Shown: positions 1-12,850 of the stretch, piece after piece
Position numbering within the stretch: position 1 is the first letter of the stretch
Layout of the letters: each line of letters starts with the position of its first letter
Assembly (NCBI GenBank): GCA_951406725.2
Contig: OX597834.1
Coordinates: 5,022,001-5,086,000 of the forward strand
Length of the DNA: 64,000 nt
Reading direction: 5' to 3'
From: Octopus vulgaris
Taxonomy: Eukaryota
Notes under the pieces: generated by a model
Told to the model about the DNA's origin: nothing
The model's database searches: none
Seen by the model: the letters and a program-made list of their open reading frames with translations, nothing else
Translations under genes and position numbers: made by a program

Positions 1-25
1 ACCTACCTATCTTTCTATCTATATA

Positions 26-243
26 CCTACAACGGGCTAAACACAGAGAGGATAAACAAGGACAGACAAACGGATTAAGTCAATTATATCGACCCCAGTG
101 TGTAACTGGTACTTATTTAATCGACCCCGAAAGGATGAAAGGCAAAGTCGACCTTGGCGAAATTTGAACCTAGAACGTAATGGCAGACGAAATAGCGCTA
201 AGCATTTCGCCTGGCGTGCTAACGATTCTGCCAGCTCGCCGCC
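26..243 (-). mobile_element. tRNA-derived SINE, group A
   Basis: Minus strand reads GGCGGCGAGCTGGCAGAATCGTTAGCA (A box) ... GGTTCAAATT (B box) ... GCCTTTCATCCTTTCGGGGTCGATTAAATAAGTACCAG. About 10 homologous copies in the window. The central block resembles the MetaSINE domain (from recall). Confidence 0.85.
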
Positions 244-275
244 TCATCTACCTATCTACCTACCTACCAACCTAC

Positions 276-373
<98 letters not shown>

Positions 374-680
374 GTCTTACAGTATAGTATCACTTTATAT
401 ATATCATAGATGTAATGAGAGTAATTTTTAAATTATTAGGCGTCACGAAAGAATTCTATTAATAGCATTTCATAGATTTATATGATGCGTGAATTATATG
501 TTTTCCAATTCATGATATCCTATTGAAGACATATAGATATTTTCATAACACATTTTGGTAATACTGGTTTATAAAACCCAAATTTTATGTATGCATACAG
601 GGAATTTTATTTCAGTTTCACAAGTTTAATGTATGCGTGCTTTAATACGAAAACGAAGAAACTGAAGTAATTTTGATGCA

Positions 681-718
<38 letters not shown>

Positions 719-916
719 CATAGGATGTAAATCCCTGTCACTAGAAATGAATCCATCTTATTATTTCATTTATTTATTTCTTTGCTAACATTTTATGGGA
801 TGAAATTGCCATCGCTATGACGTCAATATAATGTAGGCATTCATATACACTCAGATGTGTGCTTGTATGTATACCTATATACATACATATATTCATACAT
901 ACATGCATATAAACAT

Positions 917-970
<54 letters not shown>

Positions 971-973
<3 letters not shown>

Positions 974-1142
974 AGAGTTTAAGAGAAAGACAAAAGACGA
1001 AGACAGGTGGTGTATAAAACAAACAGAAGTATTAGTATACCGCTCAGGAATAGAAAACGTATTTTACGTTTCGAGCCTACGCTCTTCTACAGAAAGGGAC
1101 ACAGAAAAGAAAGGAGAGAAAAAATGTGTGTAGTGGCTAACG

Positions 1143-1144
<2 letters not shown>
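971..1144 (-). mobile_element. PLE pLTR-like repeat, family D, with minimal hammerhead variant
   Basis: Near-identical to 2105-2305, 23680-23900 and 50745-50943. Flanked by (TA)n. Minus strand 1062-1096 reads CTTT-CTGTAGA-A-GAGC-gtag-GCTC-GAAA-CG-TA-AAA. Confidence 0.7.
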
Positions 1145-1174
<30 letters not shown>

Positions 1175-1880
1175 ATATATTATATAATATAAATAGAGTT
1201 AGCACTTGTAGTAACCGGCTAAGGCATAAAATATCCGTGGGTACTATCAGTATCTGTTCCCAGTCTAATCCCTGGGAATGGCGTGCAGGGACACCATGTA
1301 CGTCGGGCGGAGGTGACAATAAGATAAACAAAAGTTGATCAGGAACCAATGCAAATGATTAGAAAATGGAGAAAAACCTAGATTAACCTGTACATCGAAA
1401 GGACCACATTTAATAATTACAAAGCAAGACACAACAAAGCGAACAGCCATTTCTGATCAAAATTCCCAGAATGCAGTCTATACATAAATGCGAAAATAAA
1501 ATTCTTCATCTTCATAGGGCGTTCGAATTAAGGAAACCGATCTTCATCAGGGCACACAATATAAACAAAAGGAGAGAAGGAAGAGGTAAGAAAACATGGT
1601 TTAGACAAATAGTCTAAAGCCCAATATGTTAAGTGCACATAATTATTTACCATCCAAGCTCAAAGAATGTAGATAAGAGAAATATATATATATATTGTTG
1701 TCCTTAATTGCTAAATTTTTATTCCGAAAAAACTTTTCCTCTCCCGAAATGCAATTCGTAAAAGTTTGCCATTTGACCGATTGTAATATATGTAAACTCA
1801 CCCATGTGCTTCGTTGATGTTGAACAGTTAGCTGATCGACTTAAGCGGGGCAGGGTCGTTGTTTATTTATAATGCATTCT

Positions 1881-1926
1881 GGCCTGCTGATGAGTACGTA
1901 AGTATGAAATCACTGTGATACAGGTC
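1881..1926 (+). ncRNA. Type I hammerhead ribozyme motif
   Basis: GGCCTG-CTGATGA-GTAC gtaa GTAT-GAAA-TCA ctg TGA-TA-CAGGTC. Complete catalytic core, 6-bp stem I, 4-bp stem II, stem III, AUA cleavage triplet. Confidence 0.85.
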
Positions 1927-2065
1927 TATATTTTTTTAAATGTCTTACTTTGAAAAAATTGCATTCGGTGGGATTAGTAATATTTTTGGTAGAAATGACT
2001 AATTGTCCCTCTTAGCGTTTGGCATGTATATATAATGCCTTCTGGCATGTATGTATAATGCCCTC

Positions 2066-2104
<39 letters not shown>

Positions 2105-2106
<2 letters not shown>

Positions 2107-2305
2107 GGAAAGTTTACGAAAAAAAACCCAAAAGACGAAGACAGGTGGTGTACAAAACAAACAGATGTATTAGTATAGCGCTCAGAAATAGAACAAGTCT
2201 TTTACGTTTCGAGCCTACGCTCTTCTATAGAAAGGTACACAGAAAAAACAAGGAGAGAAATAAAGAGAGAAAAAATGTGTGTAGTGGCTAACGATCTAGC
2301 ATGGC
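2105..2305 (-). mobile_element. PLE pLTR-like repeat, family D
   Basis: Homologous to 971-1144. (TA)n on both sides. Hammerhead-like core is mutated to CTATAGA. Confidence 0.7.
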
Positions 2306-2474
2306 GTATATATATATATATATATGTTTGTGTGTGTGTGTGTGTGCGTGTAGAAAGTGAGAGAGAGAAGGAGAAGTAGAAAGAGAAAAAGAGATAGATA
2401 AACAGATATACATATTTTATGCAATGTATTAATTTCAAATTTTGGCACATGACAATCAATTTCGAAATTGTTTA

Positions 2475-2876
2475 GTTCACTCCATTATCACCGAAGATTT
2501 GGGTATGAGACGCGTGTCTGCCAAGACTGCTTTCGGCTTACCAAAACGACACTCGGGTCTCAGTTGCACAAGATCTTGACTATGTCGAGAATGATGAAGA
2601 CCTTTGCGTTGGCCCCTGAGCTGGTATCACCAAGCTATTGGCAAAATTTAATGCATATTCTCTTCTCAACTCTCTGTCATGGTCAATGCGACGATCACAC
2701 GCTACACACCTTCTTTCTAAGTGCTGCTATAAACACCGGAAGTGAGCGAGAACGTTAAAACTTAGCGCGCATGCATAGCAGAGTTTAAGGTCAATCTGTG
2801 CCTTGCGGCTTTACTCTGCGTGCTTCAGTTTCGTTACTATGGTAACAGCCCGGTTACTTACTGATCAAACCACGTA
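2475..2876. mobile_element. Rearranged mariner relic
   Basis: Plus 2475-2603 translates HSIITEDLGMRRVSAK..QNDTRVSVAQDLDYVENDED. Minus 2876-2612 gives a TIR-like TACGTGGTTTGATCAGTAAAGTA and the decayed transposase start (ICIKFCQ*LGDT). Confidence 0.7.
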
Positions 2877-2923
2877 TATTTGCCTATATATGTAAGTATA
2901 TATTTCTTATATGTTTGTTTCTG

Positions 2924-3220
2924 TTCCTTCTTGAGCCATGCCTGGTTCATTAGGGCCGGTTTCCCGGTTTCCTTGGCGTATAGGTTCCCCACCTGGACGG
3001 GACGAAGGTCCGTCGCAGGTGAGCTGCAAGATGCAGCAGGAAAGAGTGAGAGAAACTTGTGGCGAAAGAGTCAGCAGAAGTTGGCCATTACCTTCTGCTG
3101 GAGTCGCGTGGAGCTTAGGTGTTTCGCTCATAAACACACACATCGCCCGGTCTGAGATTCGAACCCGCGATTCCTCGACCGCGAGTCCGCTGCTCTAACC
3201 ATTTGGCCATGTGCCTCCAC
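2924..3220 (-). mobile_element. tRNA(Arg-like)-head SINE, group B, with V-SINE-like body
   Basis: Head GGCACATGGCCAAATGGTTAGAGCAGCGGACTCGCGG...GGTTCGAATC. Body contains CCTGCGACGGACCTTCGTCCCGTCCAGG (V-domain-like, from recall). 11-bp TSD GTTTGTTTCTG at 2913-2923 and 3221-3231. Confidence 0.8.
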
Positions 3221-3967
3221 GTTTGTTTCTGGATATATAATGAAATCATGATTGTGTTCCGCTTTCTTTTTTCATGAAAGATACTCCATCGTTTTCTATG
3301 CGATTTTTATCATTATTTTGAAAGTCTGAAGTTCTAAGCACTGACAGTTGTGCATCTTCGCTTTATTATTTTCTGCGTGAAGTCTTTATTAGCAGCCTTT
3401 GTTATGTGTTTTCAATGTAGACAAGCCTCATTAGAATGCAAAAAAAAAGAGAAGTGAATACCACAATAAATTAAATACTAGGCAATAAATGATATCCGAA
3501 TAATTTACGAGACCATACTATAGAGAAGTATAGAAACAAACTCAACTTACAGAATGCGATAAACATAAAATAAACTAATCACACAGAATGTATTATATGA
3601 ATCAAATATATCTTTATGATAGATTAGATTAACGACTTCTAAAAATAATATATAAGCTCACGAAACTATAGCAATGTGCGTTAAAAGTTTTCAGAGACTG
3701 TCTATCATTAATAATATATTACAAAATTCAGAAACATTACAAATCTGGTCGACAGCCGAATATATTGCACTGAATGGATTTTGGAGAGGGACGTCGGTTA
3801 AGAGATGAAATGTAAACTAGAAGAAGTCATAAATGTCATTACGGAGGCGTAATTGTTAATATGTATCGTAACTTCTTAACGGATGACACAACATTTCCAG
3901 CAAATTAGGTTAATATTACATTGAAACTGAAAAACAAAAATAGATGTGCATATGTGTGTGTGTATAC

Positions 3968-4097
<130 letters not shown>

Positions 4098-4153
4098 TAC
4101 ATACATATATATATATATGAGTGTGTGTGTGTGTGTGTGTTTGTGTGTGTGTA

Positions 4154-4413
4154 GGCGCAATGGCCCAGTGGTTAGGACAGCGGACTCGCGGTCGTAGGAT
4201 CGCAGTTTCGGTTCCCAGACCGGGCATTGTGAGTGTTTATTGAGCGAAAACACCTAAAAAGCTCCACGAGGCTCCGGCAGGGGTTGGTGGCCTCTCTTTC
4301 TTCTGTTGGCCTGCTCGCTTAGCCAGCGGGGTGGCGTCATTTGAAAGCTAAAACAATGCGAAGCGCATTGTGACCAGCGATGTGTAACCACATCTGATAG
4401 CCTGGTCGGTCAC
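4154..4413 (+). mobile_element. tRNA-head SINE, group B (tail type 2)
   Basis: GGCGCAATGGCCCAGTGGTTAGGACAGCGGACTCGCGG head. Tail shared with 15657-15930. Confidence 0.85.
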
Positions 4414-4454
4414 ACACACCACACCACACCACATATATACATATATACATATAT

Positions 4455-4620
4455 ACGACGGGCGTCTTTCAGTTTCTGTATACCAAATCCATTCACACAA
4501 CTTAGGTCAGCCTGAGGCTATAGTAGAAGACACTTGCCCAAGGTACCACGCAGTGGGACTGAATTCCGAATACTGCGGCCGGGAAGCAAACTTCTTATCA
4601 CAGAGCCACGGTTGCGCCTA
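4455..4620 (-). mobile_element. SINE group C, 5' half, diverged
   Basis: Reverse complement of the head seen at 46014 (CCCACTGCGTGGTACCTTGGGCAAGTGTCTTCTACTATAGCCTC). Confidence 0.75.
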
Positions 4621-5183
4621 TAAGAAAGATAGGAAACGGTATTCATATAGACTCGTTATATTACAGGTGTATACCAGTATATAAAATTATTATATAAATA
4701 CAAATAAATGCATTACATATATGAAAATTATATAAATTACCAGTAGCTTCCACACACACATACACGCATACATACACAGAGACACACACACACGCTCACA
4801 TGCATATGCATACGCACATGACTGTGTGTCTATGTGTATGCTGTTGTCTGTAATGATGTAAAATCTTGAAGTTTATATAAGTTTTCAATGAGAAATTCTT
4901 ATTTAATTTTCGAATCCGTACAGGTTCACGTTCCACTTTCTAATGCATATCAACCTGTTTCCGTTAATATTTCTATATTCATGGATTGATCGATTTATAC
5001 AGAAATATGTTTAGGAGTTTTGAAGATCGATGGATGGATAGAGTAATGTGTTGGATTGTTAAGAGCTAAACATAAGGGGCGGAATATGAAAAACCATTGT
5101 GAAAAGTTCTTTGCTTACGCAAATTTTAACGTATACCTTCCATTACCTAAGTTACATCTGTACAACAACGGGAATTTTCTTGT

Positions 5184-5269
<86 letters not shown>

Positions 5270-5604
5270 TTTTATGCAATATATTGATTTCAAATTTTGG
5301 CACAAGGACATCATATTCGGAAAGAGTATTAAGTCAAATACGTCTACCTCAAAATTTCCATTATTTTACAGGGGTACAATAATGGGAATTTCAGTGTTTT
5401 GTAATTTAGTCTCAGAAGGCGTTTAAAAAAATGTGCACAAGCATTGTGGATTGTCTGGTTTCCTTACCCAATTACAAATTGAATTAATAAGATTTCTACT
5501 TTGGCGCTTAGTTACAAATTTCCTTATTGCTACATGCTACGTCTGTGTATACACAATGACGTTCTCTGAAATATGAAGTTGTTTATTGCAGAAGGTTTGG
5601 AGAT

Positions 5605-6408
5605 AATGTACAGGTATTTCATATATTAGGAGAAATAAGGTATTCAGAAATCTGAATGGTTTTATATTTACAGACATTTATTAATGTGTCACATGTTTTA
5701 TAAATCATATATTAGCGCTTGCGTCCACTCTAGTGGAGTCTTCCGATTAAATTTTTTCAGGACTTTTTAGCCACCTTATTTTACCATTTTTAAAAGGACA
5801 AGAATGAGTTTCTATTGAAAGAACTGGCCAGCTGCAAAGATATCAACACATTTTTTCTTCATCCTTTTCTTTCCTTCTCTTTTCCATTGACACTCTTTTT
5901 AGATACACAGACACCCAAACACACCCACACACTCTCACATGACACTGATAAAAAGAAATCCAGACAATTTTTTTGAAAATTAACATTTACCCCCTTGGAG
6001 TAACTACCTGGGTTTGCCATTTCTAAAAGCCAAGAATCACTTTCTATTGAAAGAACTGACCAGCTGTATAAAAGTAAACACATCTTTTCTTCTTTCTCTC
6101 TTCCCTCTTCCTTTCCTTCTCTTTTCCATTGATACTTCTTTCAGATACAAAAGACACACACACACACGCACTCTCTCTCTCACTTTCTCCTCATCCCTCA
6201 CCCTCTTCTATTAACATATATCTCTCTCCACCCCTACACATTCACTAATACAATAAACAGAGATAAAAGTCTTGAACAAATCCAATCTGAAGACTCCACT
6301 AGAGTGAACGCAGGCTCTAATATATATGATTTATAAAAACATGAGACATATTAAGAAATATCTGTAAATATAAAACCATCCAGATTTCTGAGTACCTTAT
6401 TTCTTCTA

Positions 6409-6412
<4 letters not shown>
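5605..6412. repeat. Diverged inverted repeat pair enclosing a direct repeat; probable non-autonomous DNA transposon relic
   Basis: About 5605-5748 is the reverse complement of about 6284-6412. Internal 5780-5910 and 6013-6150 are direct repeats (TTTCTATTGAAAGAACTG.CCAGCTG). Confidence 0.6.
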
Positions 6413-6473
<61 letters not shown>

Positions 6474-6477
<4 letters not shown>

Positions 6478-6760
6478 AATTAAGGACTGAACACGAAAAG
6501 TGGACAGTCAACATGCTAGATATAGACGTCAAATCGTCATTCTCTTTGGTTTTGTGATGAGTTTTATTTGAGAACATAATCTTTGTGGAGAATGACGATT
6601 TGACGTCTATATCTAGCATGTTGACTGTCCACTTTTCGTGTTCAATCCTTAATTGGTATATATAAATATTTTAATCTTCGGATTCTTTTTAATATGCTAG
6701 ACCACTGGTTTTAATTGACTAATATCAATTTCTACCCTTAATTAATTTTATATATATACA
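6474..6760 (+). mobile_element. Fold-back element 1 (71-bp arms, 43-nt spacer, one-sided tail)
   Basis: 6474-6544 is the reverse complement of 6588-6658 with one mismatch. The tail 6660-6760 recurs inverted at about 46995-47095. (TA)n flanks. Confidence 0.85.
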
Positions 6761-6876
6761 GTGAAAACAAAGAAAAAATTCTTTAACACATCTTTAATTA
6801 TAAGTTACACGTGTTTCCGTACCTTCTCCATTTGCCACGCCAGAAAAATTATGTAATATAATTAGAGTGGCAATTC

Positions 6877-7140
6877 CTCAAACTTGCATGAAGCTCATGC
6901 TATTACATTGTGCTTCTATCAGACCTTGTTGTAATGAAAGTATCGGGGGGGAAGTAAAAAGGACAAAAACTAAAAGTGCGTATGTGGGACTGGGCTGCGG
7001 AGAATAAATTATGTGATGCGGGGTGTCAAGAGCATAGATACGTGTGAAGATAGGGGAGAAAGGGAAAGAGGGAGAGGAAAATGAAATGGAAAATGGTGAT
7101 AGGGAAGAATCGGAACAAGGAAAAGGAAACGAAGGAATAG
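6877..7140 (-). repeat. Interspersed repeat, homologous to 9541-9790
   Basis: Colinear similarity (CTCA.ACTTGCAT.AAG.TCATGCTATTA ... GAAAGTATCGGG ... GGAAGAATCGGAACAAGGA.AAGGAAACG). Strand assignment is tentative. Confidence 0.7.
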
Positions 7141-7169
7141 GGGAAGAAGGAAAAAGGAGTAAAAAAGAG

Positions 7170-7410
7170 GAAGGAGGAGAAGAAAGAGAAGAAGAAGAAA
7201 GAGGCGGAGGAGAAGAAGGAGGCAGAGGAGAAGAAGAAGAAGAAGAAGAAGAAGAAGAAGAAGAAGAAGAAGAAGAAGAAGAAGAAGAAGAAGAAGAAAA
7301 AGAATAGGAAGAAGAAAAAGAATAGAAAGAAGAAAAAGAAAAAGAAGAAGAAAAAGAAGAAGAAGAAGAAGAAGAAGAGAAAAGAAGAAGAAGAAGAACA
7401 ACAACAACAA
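7170..7410. repeat. (GAA)n purine-rich microsatellite
   Basis: Direct reading. Confidence 0.95.
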
Positions 7411-8082
7411 GCAGAAAGATGGGCATGTGTCAACATCTTGTGGACTCTGTAAGTCTACTCTGTCATTGTTTGTTCGTTCCAAGCTCTAACTCTCCATGAA
7501 TTTCAAATTTTTAAAATTTATGGATGCTGCTGTCTTATGAGATTTCCCTATATAGTCGTTAAAAGCACGCAATAAGGAGCAATAAACAGTCCGACAACTG
7601 ATGAGGAGGTATCTTCTTTTGTAATACCCTGTACATATAGAGTATGTTTTTGGCATTTTGACCTGTACTTATCTCTCGTGTGTTTACGTATTTTTCACTC
7701 GTTGGTGATGTCCTGTACACTATGTTTATTATTTTTTTTATTATATAATGAAATGAATAATAACAGAGGATGGATAAATGTCAGTTCATTACAGCTGTTT
7801 GTTGCGGATTTTGATAGGTGAATGAGTACATTACATCATTGCATGAAACTGTATTTATCAGATGATACGTATAATTTCAAAATCATATAAGAACACTCCA
7901 TAAACGCTGTGAAAAACACGCCTAGCGGCGTATTTTTTCTCTTCGTGTGCAACCTGAATATTTAACAGGATATTAATTCGACTAAATGTCGTGATCACAG
8001 GTTAACTCAACCCTACTTGGTGCATATCATTCATGCAATAAGGATTCTCTCAAGAATCCTTATTATTATTATCATTATTATA

Positions 8083-8150
<68 letters not shown>

Positions 8151-8152
<2 letters not shown>

Positions 8153-8892
8153 TATGTTTGACTTTTGTTTTACATTTGCACAAGCTGGCACCAAGTCTCA
8201 TCCAGAGACCTCAAGAGACAACAAGTTGGAAGTTCATGTTGGTGTTATACCTAGGGTGCCATATATTTGGTTTTGTACTTAGTGTTGTACTAGTGAATGC
8301 CTAAAAAACCATAAGAAAATCATGTTTGTTTTAAAACTTGAGATTACATAGAAAGTATTTTGCGTAGGATATGAGCAGTTCCCATGAGCACTATCTTTTG
8401 GATTTCTGCCATTTTGGGGTTTCCTGGTATCTGAGTTAGGTAGCGATCAGCCCCTTTTGCTATCATTCCCATGGCACGTATGACAACAGGTATTGTTTTA
8501 GTCTTCAGGTTCCACATTTTGCTGATTTCTATTTCAAGATCTTTATATTTGCTCAGTTTTTGGTAGGTCTTGACAGATACGTTTATATCGATTGGGGCAG
8601 TCGTATCAATGAGGAGGCATGTTTTTTGTCTGAAGTCTTTTACTATGATGTCTGGCCTATTCGCGTCTATCTTTCTGTCAGTTTAAATGGTGAAGTTCCA
8701 GAGGAGTGAGATGTGGTAATTTTCAAGCACTGGAGGTGGTTTGTGTTCCCACCAGTTTTTATCATGGGGCAAGTCCAGGCTTTTGCAAATTACGCAGTGA
8801 ATATATTGTGCAGCTCTCTCATGCCTGTTGAGATACTTTGTAGGCGCAAGAAGACTGCACTTGGAGAAATGATCAATGATTTCATTTTGTTG
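8151..8892 (-). mobile_element. 5'-truncated R4/Dong-like LINE copy (RLE domain + 3' UTR)
   Basis: Colinear with 26379-27160. Bounded by (TTA)n on both sides. Confidence 0.9.
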
Positions 8893-8895
8893 TTG

Positions 8896-8971
<76 letters not shown>

Positions 8972-9104
8972 TTTCCTTCTTCAAATGTTTTTCCGTTTCT
9001 CACCGAGTGTTTTCTGTACACCAAGGGCAGAGAAGGTCATTGTATGCATTCCCAGATTACACACGCAAACTCACAGGTAAAATATGTATTTAAAAATTAA
9101 TAAA

Positions 9105-9432
9105 TAAATAAATTCATGAATGGATGTTGTTTTCACAGCGATAGTGCTCTTCTCAGTAGATGAGCCGTTCCAGTTAACACGATTTTATGCACTTCCTGTA
9201 GGGATGGTAAGCCTGGAATCACTTTCAAATAGGTTTCAGTACCTTTTTTTTATCATTCATAGAGATCCTACAATCACTGGTACTGTAGTCGCCTTGAGAT
9301 GCCACATTTCTTCTATTTCAATTAGCAAGTCTTTATATTTACTAATATTGTCAAATTCTTTCACCGTCCATATTGTGATCGCAAGGAATGCTCATGTCAA
9401 TTAATAAACACATCTTTTTTGTCTGATCTTTT
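9105..9432 (-). mobile_element. 3' fragment of a second R4/Dong-like RLE LINE family
   Basis: Minus translation MCLLIDMSIPCDHN...FDNISKYKDLLIEIEEMWHLKATTVPVIVGSL. Its 3' UTR differs from family 1. TAA/TAAA-rich flanks. Confidence 0.8.
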
Positions 9433-9499
9433 GTAATAATAATAATATCCGGTTTTTATTATTATTATTATTGTTATTATTATAATATAGAAAGAGAAA

Positions 9500-9790
9500 T
9501 TACGTAATGTAAGCGGCTTTGGGCATTGGATAGGCACTTCCTCAGACTTGCATCAAAGTCATGCTATTAAACTCTGCGTCTATCAGACCTTTGCTCTAAG
9601 GAAAGTATCGGGAGGAAATAAAAAGGAAACAAATTAAAAGTGTGTACGCAGGATGGGACTGTGGGGAAGAAGTCATGTGACGGGGAATGAAGAGCGTGGG
9701 TACTATGAAAATCGGGAGGAGAAAGGGAATGAGGGGAGGAAAACGAAATAAAGAAGGCGAAAAGGAAGAATCGGAACAAGGAGAAGGAAA
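9500..9790 (-). repeat. Interspersed repeat (second copy of 6877-7140) with decayed hammerhead-like motif
   Basis: See 6877. Minus strand has CTGAGGA-A-GTGC near 9535-9546, but the GAAA box is lost. Confidence 0.6.
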
Positions 9791-9877
9791 CGCCGAAGTA
9801 TTTATAATCGAACGCCACGCAACCTTGACTACTGTAAGTTCTTACATCTTTATATATGCTGTATATATATATGTACG

Positions 9878-9930
<53 letters not shown>

Positions 9931-10102
9931 GCATACATGCATACATACATACAGAGACACATACATACATACACACACATATGTATATAGAGGGAGAGAA
10001 AGGCAGTTAAAAAACCAAGCTACATTTAACACGCTTGCCGTTTGGTTTCTTGACGGCTCTTCTCCCAATTTATATATATATATATATATCTATATATATA
10101 TC

Positions 10103-10140
<38 letters not shown>

Positions 10141-10470
10141 CGATTGTTTTAGGCACCGGTGCAGACGATCATTCCGTCAGACGAGTTAGTGCTTAATAGT
10201 AATGGCACACACTAGAAAACATCTCCGAGAGTAATCGGCAATACCCTGGCCTAAACATCCTGTAAAGATAAGGTAATCTAAGTATTTTTTAGCCGGATAT
10301 TATTTTAGAGGATAGGAATGAGAGAGGATGGGAAGCGAAGCTTCACTTACAAAGGATGGTAATATATTTCTCGAAGAAGTAAAAAGAGGGACGGATAAAG
10401 TGTCTAAATATCTAGAAACAGTGAGGTGGATGAAAACAAACGATTCTTTTATAATATAAGGAACGTTTAA

Positions 10471-10690
10471 GGCGGCGATCTGGCAGAGTCGTTAGCACAC
10501 AGGGCAAAATGCTGAGTGGCATTTCGTCCGTCTTTGCGTTCTGAGTTCAAATTACGTCGAGAGGTCCATTTTGCTTTCATCCCTTCGGGATCGATAATAT
10601 ATATTCCAGTTGAACTCTGGAGTCGATCTAATCGACTTAACCCCTCCCCCGAGCTTGTTGTTCTTCTATCATACATTTGAAACTAAAACA
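10471..10690 (+). mobile_element. SINE group A
   Basis: GGCGGCGATCTGGCAGAGTCGTTAGCA...GAGTTCAAAT...TTTCATCCCTTCGGGATCGATAA. Confidence 0.8.
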
Positions 10691-12639
10691 AAGAACCTTT
10701 GAATAATCAAAGCACATGCAACACAAACCCGTTTATCTAAGCACTTATAAATATGCACAGTATACAGGATAATAGTGCTTCTAAACTGATACATTACATA
10801 TATATTACGTACAATAACGTTCAGTACAAACGTACAAGAGTAATCACAAAGACGCAAAAGTGGCTTCTTTTGCTCTAAGCGCATAAAGTTTTTGTGAATG
10901 CAGGCAATTAAATTAAAACCACTGAAGAACAGAAAAAGAAAATATCAGTTGTACTTCATTAGTTCCGCAGAAAATATATTTTGATTCCTATTGTAGTGAA
11001 TTTGCTTCATCTTTTCAAATTTCAAGTAGTTTCTGATATAAGCGTGGCACTCTTAGATAAGGAAACGTAATGGCGTGGTACTCACGCATATCTTATGAAA
11101 GGATAGTAGCAGAATACTAATAGGGCATACATTAAGAAACATTAAACCGAAACATTATTTTACGTGATGAATATGAAATACTGTATTAATTATCGGCATT
11201 GCAATACCAAATGCCCTGAGAAGAGAAGAAGCATTTTATCACTAATTGATAAATTTAAATCTGTATTCCATGCGTTTCCACAGAATTCAATTTAGATTAC
11301 AACCGTTAGCATTGCTAAATAGAAAACAATAGCAACACATCTAGGTCTTACAGCGAAGAAATCCGATGCTTCTCCATTCGTTGTGATGTTTACGTTGATA
11401 TGGGATTGGAAAAAGCGTGACGAACTCATTATCGAAAGCAATTTCAATTAATACATTACTGCGTTGCTGGTGGAGAATAGTTTTAGAAATAAATTTATAT
11501 TTTAAAATGAATGCTTCCTTCAGTAAACAATTCCCAGTAACAGTTCTTATACAATCATTAACCCTATCTTTTTATGCCTTACCAATATGCTAAACCTTCG
11601 GTGGTAAGGAATAAAAACAGGGTTAATGCAACAAACTTCAGATTGAAGTCTTAGAGGAGTTGCATCTTACTGATATCTTTACAATAAAATTTACATTAAG
11701 ATGATATCATGTTATACGTAATTCTTGCAGATGCATTGTAAAATCAATAAGAAGGATAACTTCAAATTAAGCAACGTCAAACAAGTGACACTATTTATCC
11801 AAATTGTACCAGATAAAAATTGATTGATTATAGGCCAGGACGTTCTTGTCTTGGCATTAAAACTGTAAAATTGCCAAATTACTTATCAATTAGTTAGTCA
11901 CTCCAATGTTGTATTATCTCTTTGGCATGTCCATGATTACAAAATATACCTTAAACTGTTGCAAGTATTAATTTAAGTATTGCCAGTATACAGTCAGAAC
12001 TACACTCTTTTTCGATGCCCGCTGATGTAAAGCTACTCTGATCTTCTTAAAGTTCTTAATATTTAACTTTGTGTTGTAAAGAACCGCAGTCATTAAAACT
12101 ATTTAGGAACAATTGATTCAGTACAGACTGAACTGGTATTCGTCATTGTCACGTATCGTACACACTTGCAATGCGTTGATATTACTACAACGACAGTCTT
12201 CCCAGTAAAGCGTGAGTTACCCATCGCAGGAATCAATGGCGTTACCTCGTTCTGATTTTCTCATGGTGTTTTTCTTGGCAGAGGTACAGTGGGATATTTG
12301 TCAGTCTTTCTCCACTCGGTGGCCGTTGGCACATAGGAAGATCATACGGTCTTCGGCAGGTCTTGACCTTAGTGCTGCTGGGTGTCAACTAACCTTCAGC
12401 AGAAGTGAGAGGGCGCTTCAGTCGCCGATTGCCCAACAGATTACTATTACACAATGAGTATAAACATTTCAATAGTGTATTCAGTGTTAGATGAGACATG
12501 ACTTGCTGGATTTTAGAGAAATAAAAGTCACTGCCGAGAGTCGGGAGGGAATTGGGAAAACTAGTACAATATGTGGTTCAGCTAGTTGCGTTTCTTGACG
12601 TTCAGTGTTCAAATGCAGGCAATACATAACATTTTAGGC

Positions 12640-12850
12640 AATAAGCTGGCAGAATCGTTTGCACACCGGGTAAAATGCTATACGGCATTTCGTCCGTGTT
12701 TAAGTTCTGAGTTCAAATTTCTCCGAGATTGACTTTGCTTTTCATCATTTTAGTGTCGATAGAATAAGTATCAGTTGAGCACTAGGGTCGATGTAATCGA
12801 CTACCCCTCTCCTCCCAAATTTCAGGCCCTGCGCCTAAAGTAGAAAGAAA
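12640..12850 (+). mobile_element. SINE group A
   Basis: AGCTGGCAGAATCGTTTGCACACCGGG...GAGTTCAAATT; homologous to the other copies. Confidence 0.8.

Noticed and set aside
1441-1557. Minus-strand CTGATGA possible hammerhead (similar cases near 7598, 10143-10185, 42532 and 51560)
   Set aside because: I could not assemble the complete core and stems. At best these are decayed relics.
4154-4225. tRNA-Arg-like gene (also at 60033)
   Set aside because: It is a SINE head. It continues into a multicopy body and lacks a proper acceptor stem and terminator.
6284-6315. CTGAAGA-CTC..GAG-TGAAC hammerhead-like motif
   Set aside because: No GAAA box, no stem I or III, and the inverted copy has CGGAAGA.
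11000-12600. Microsatellite-free stretch that might be a decayed transposon ORF or exon
   Set aside because: Frequent stops and no motif I could identify. It needs BLASTx.
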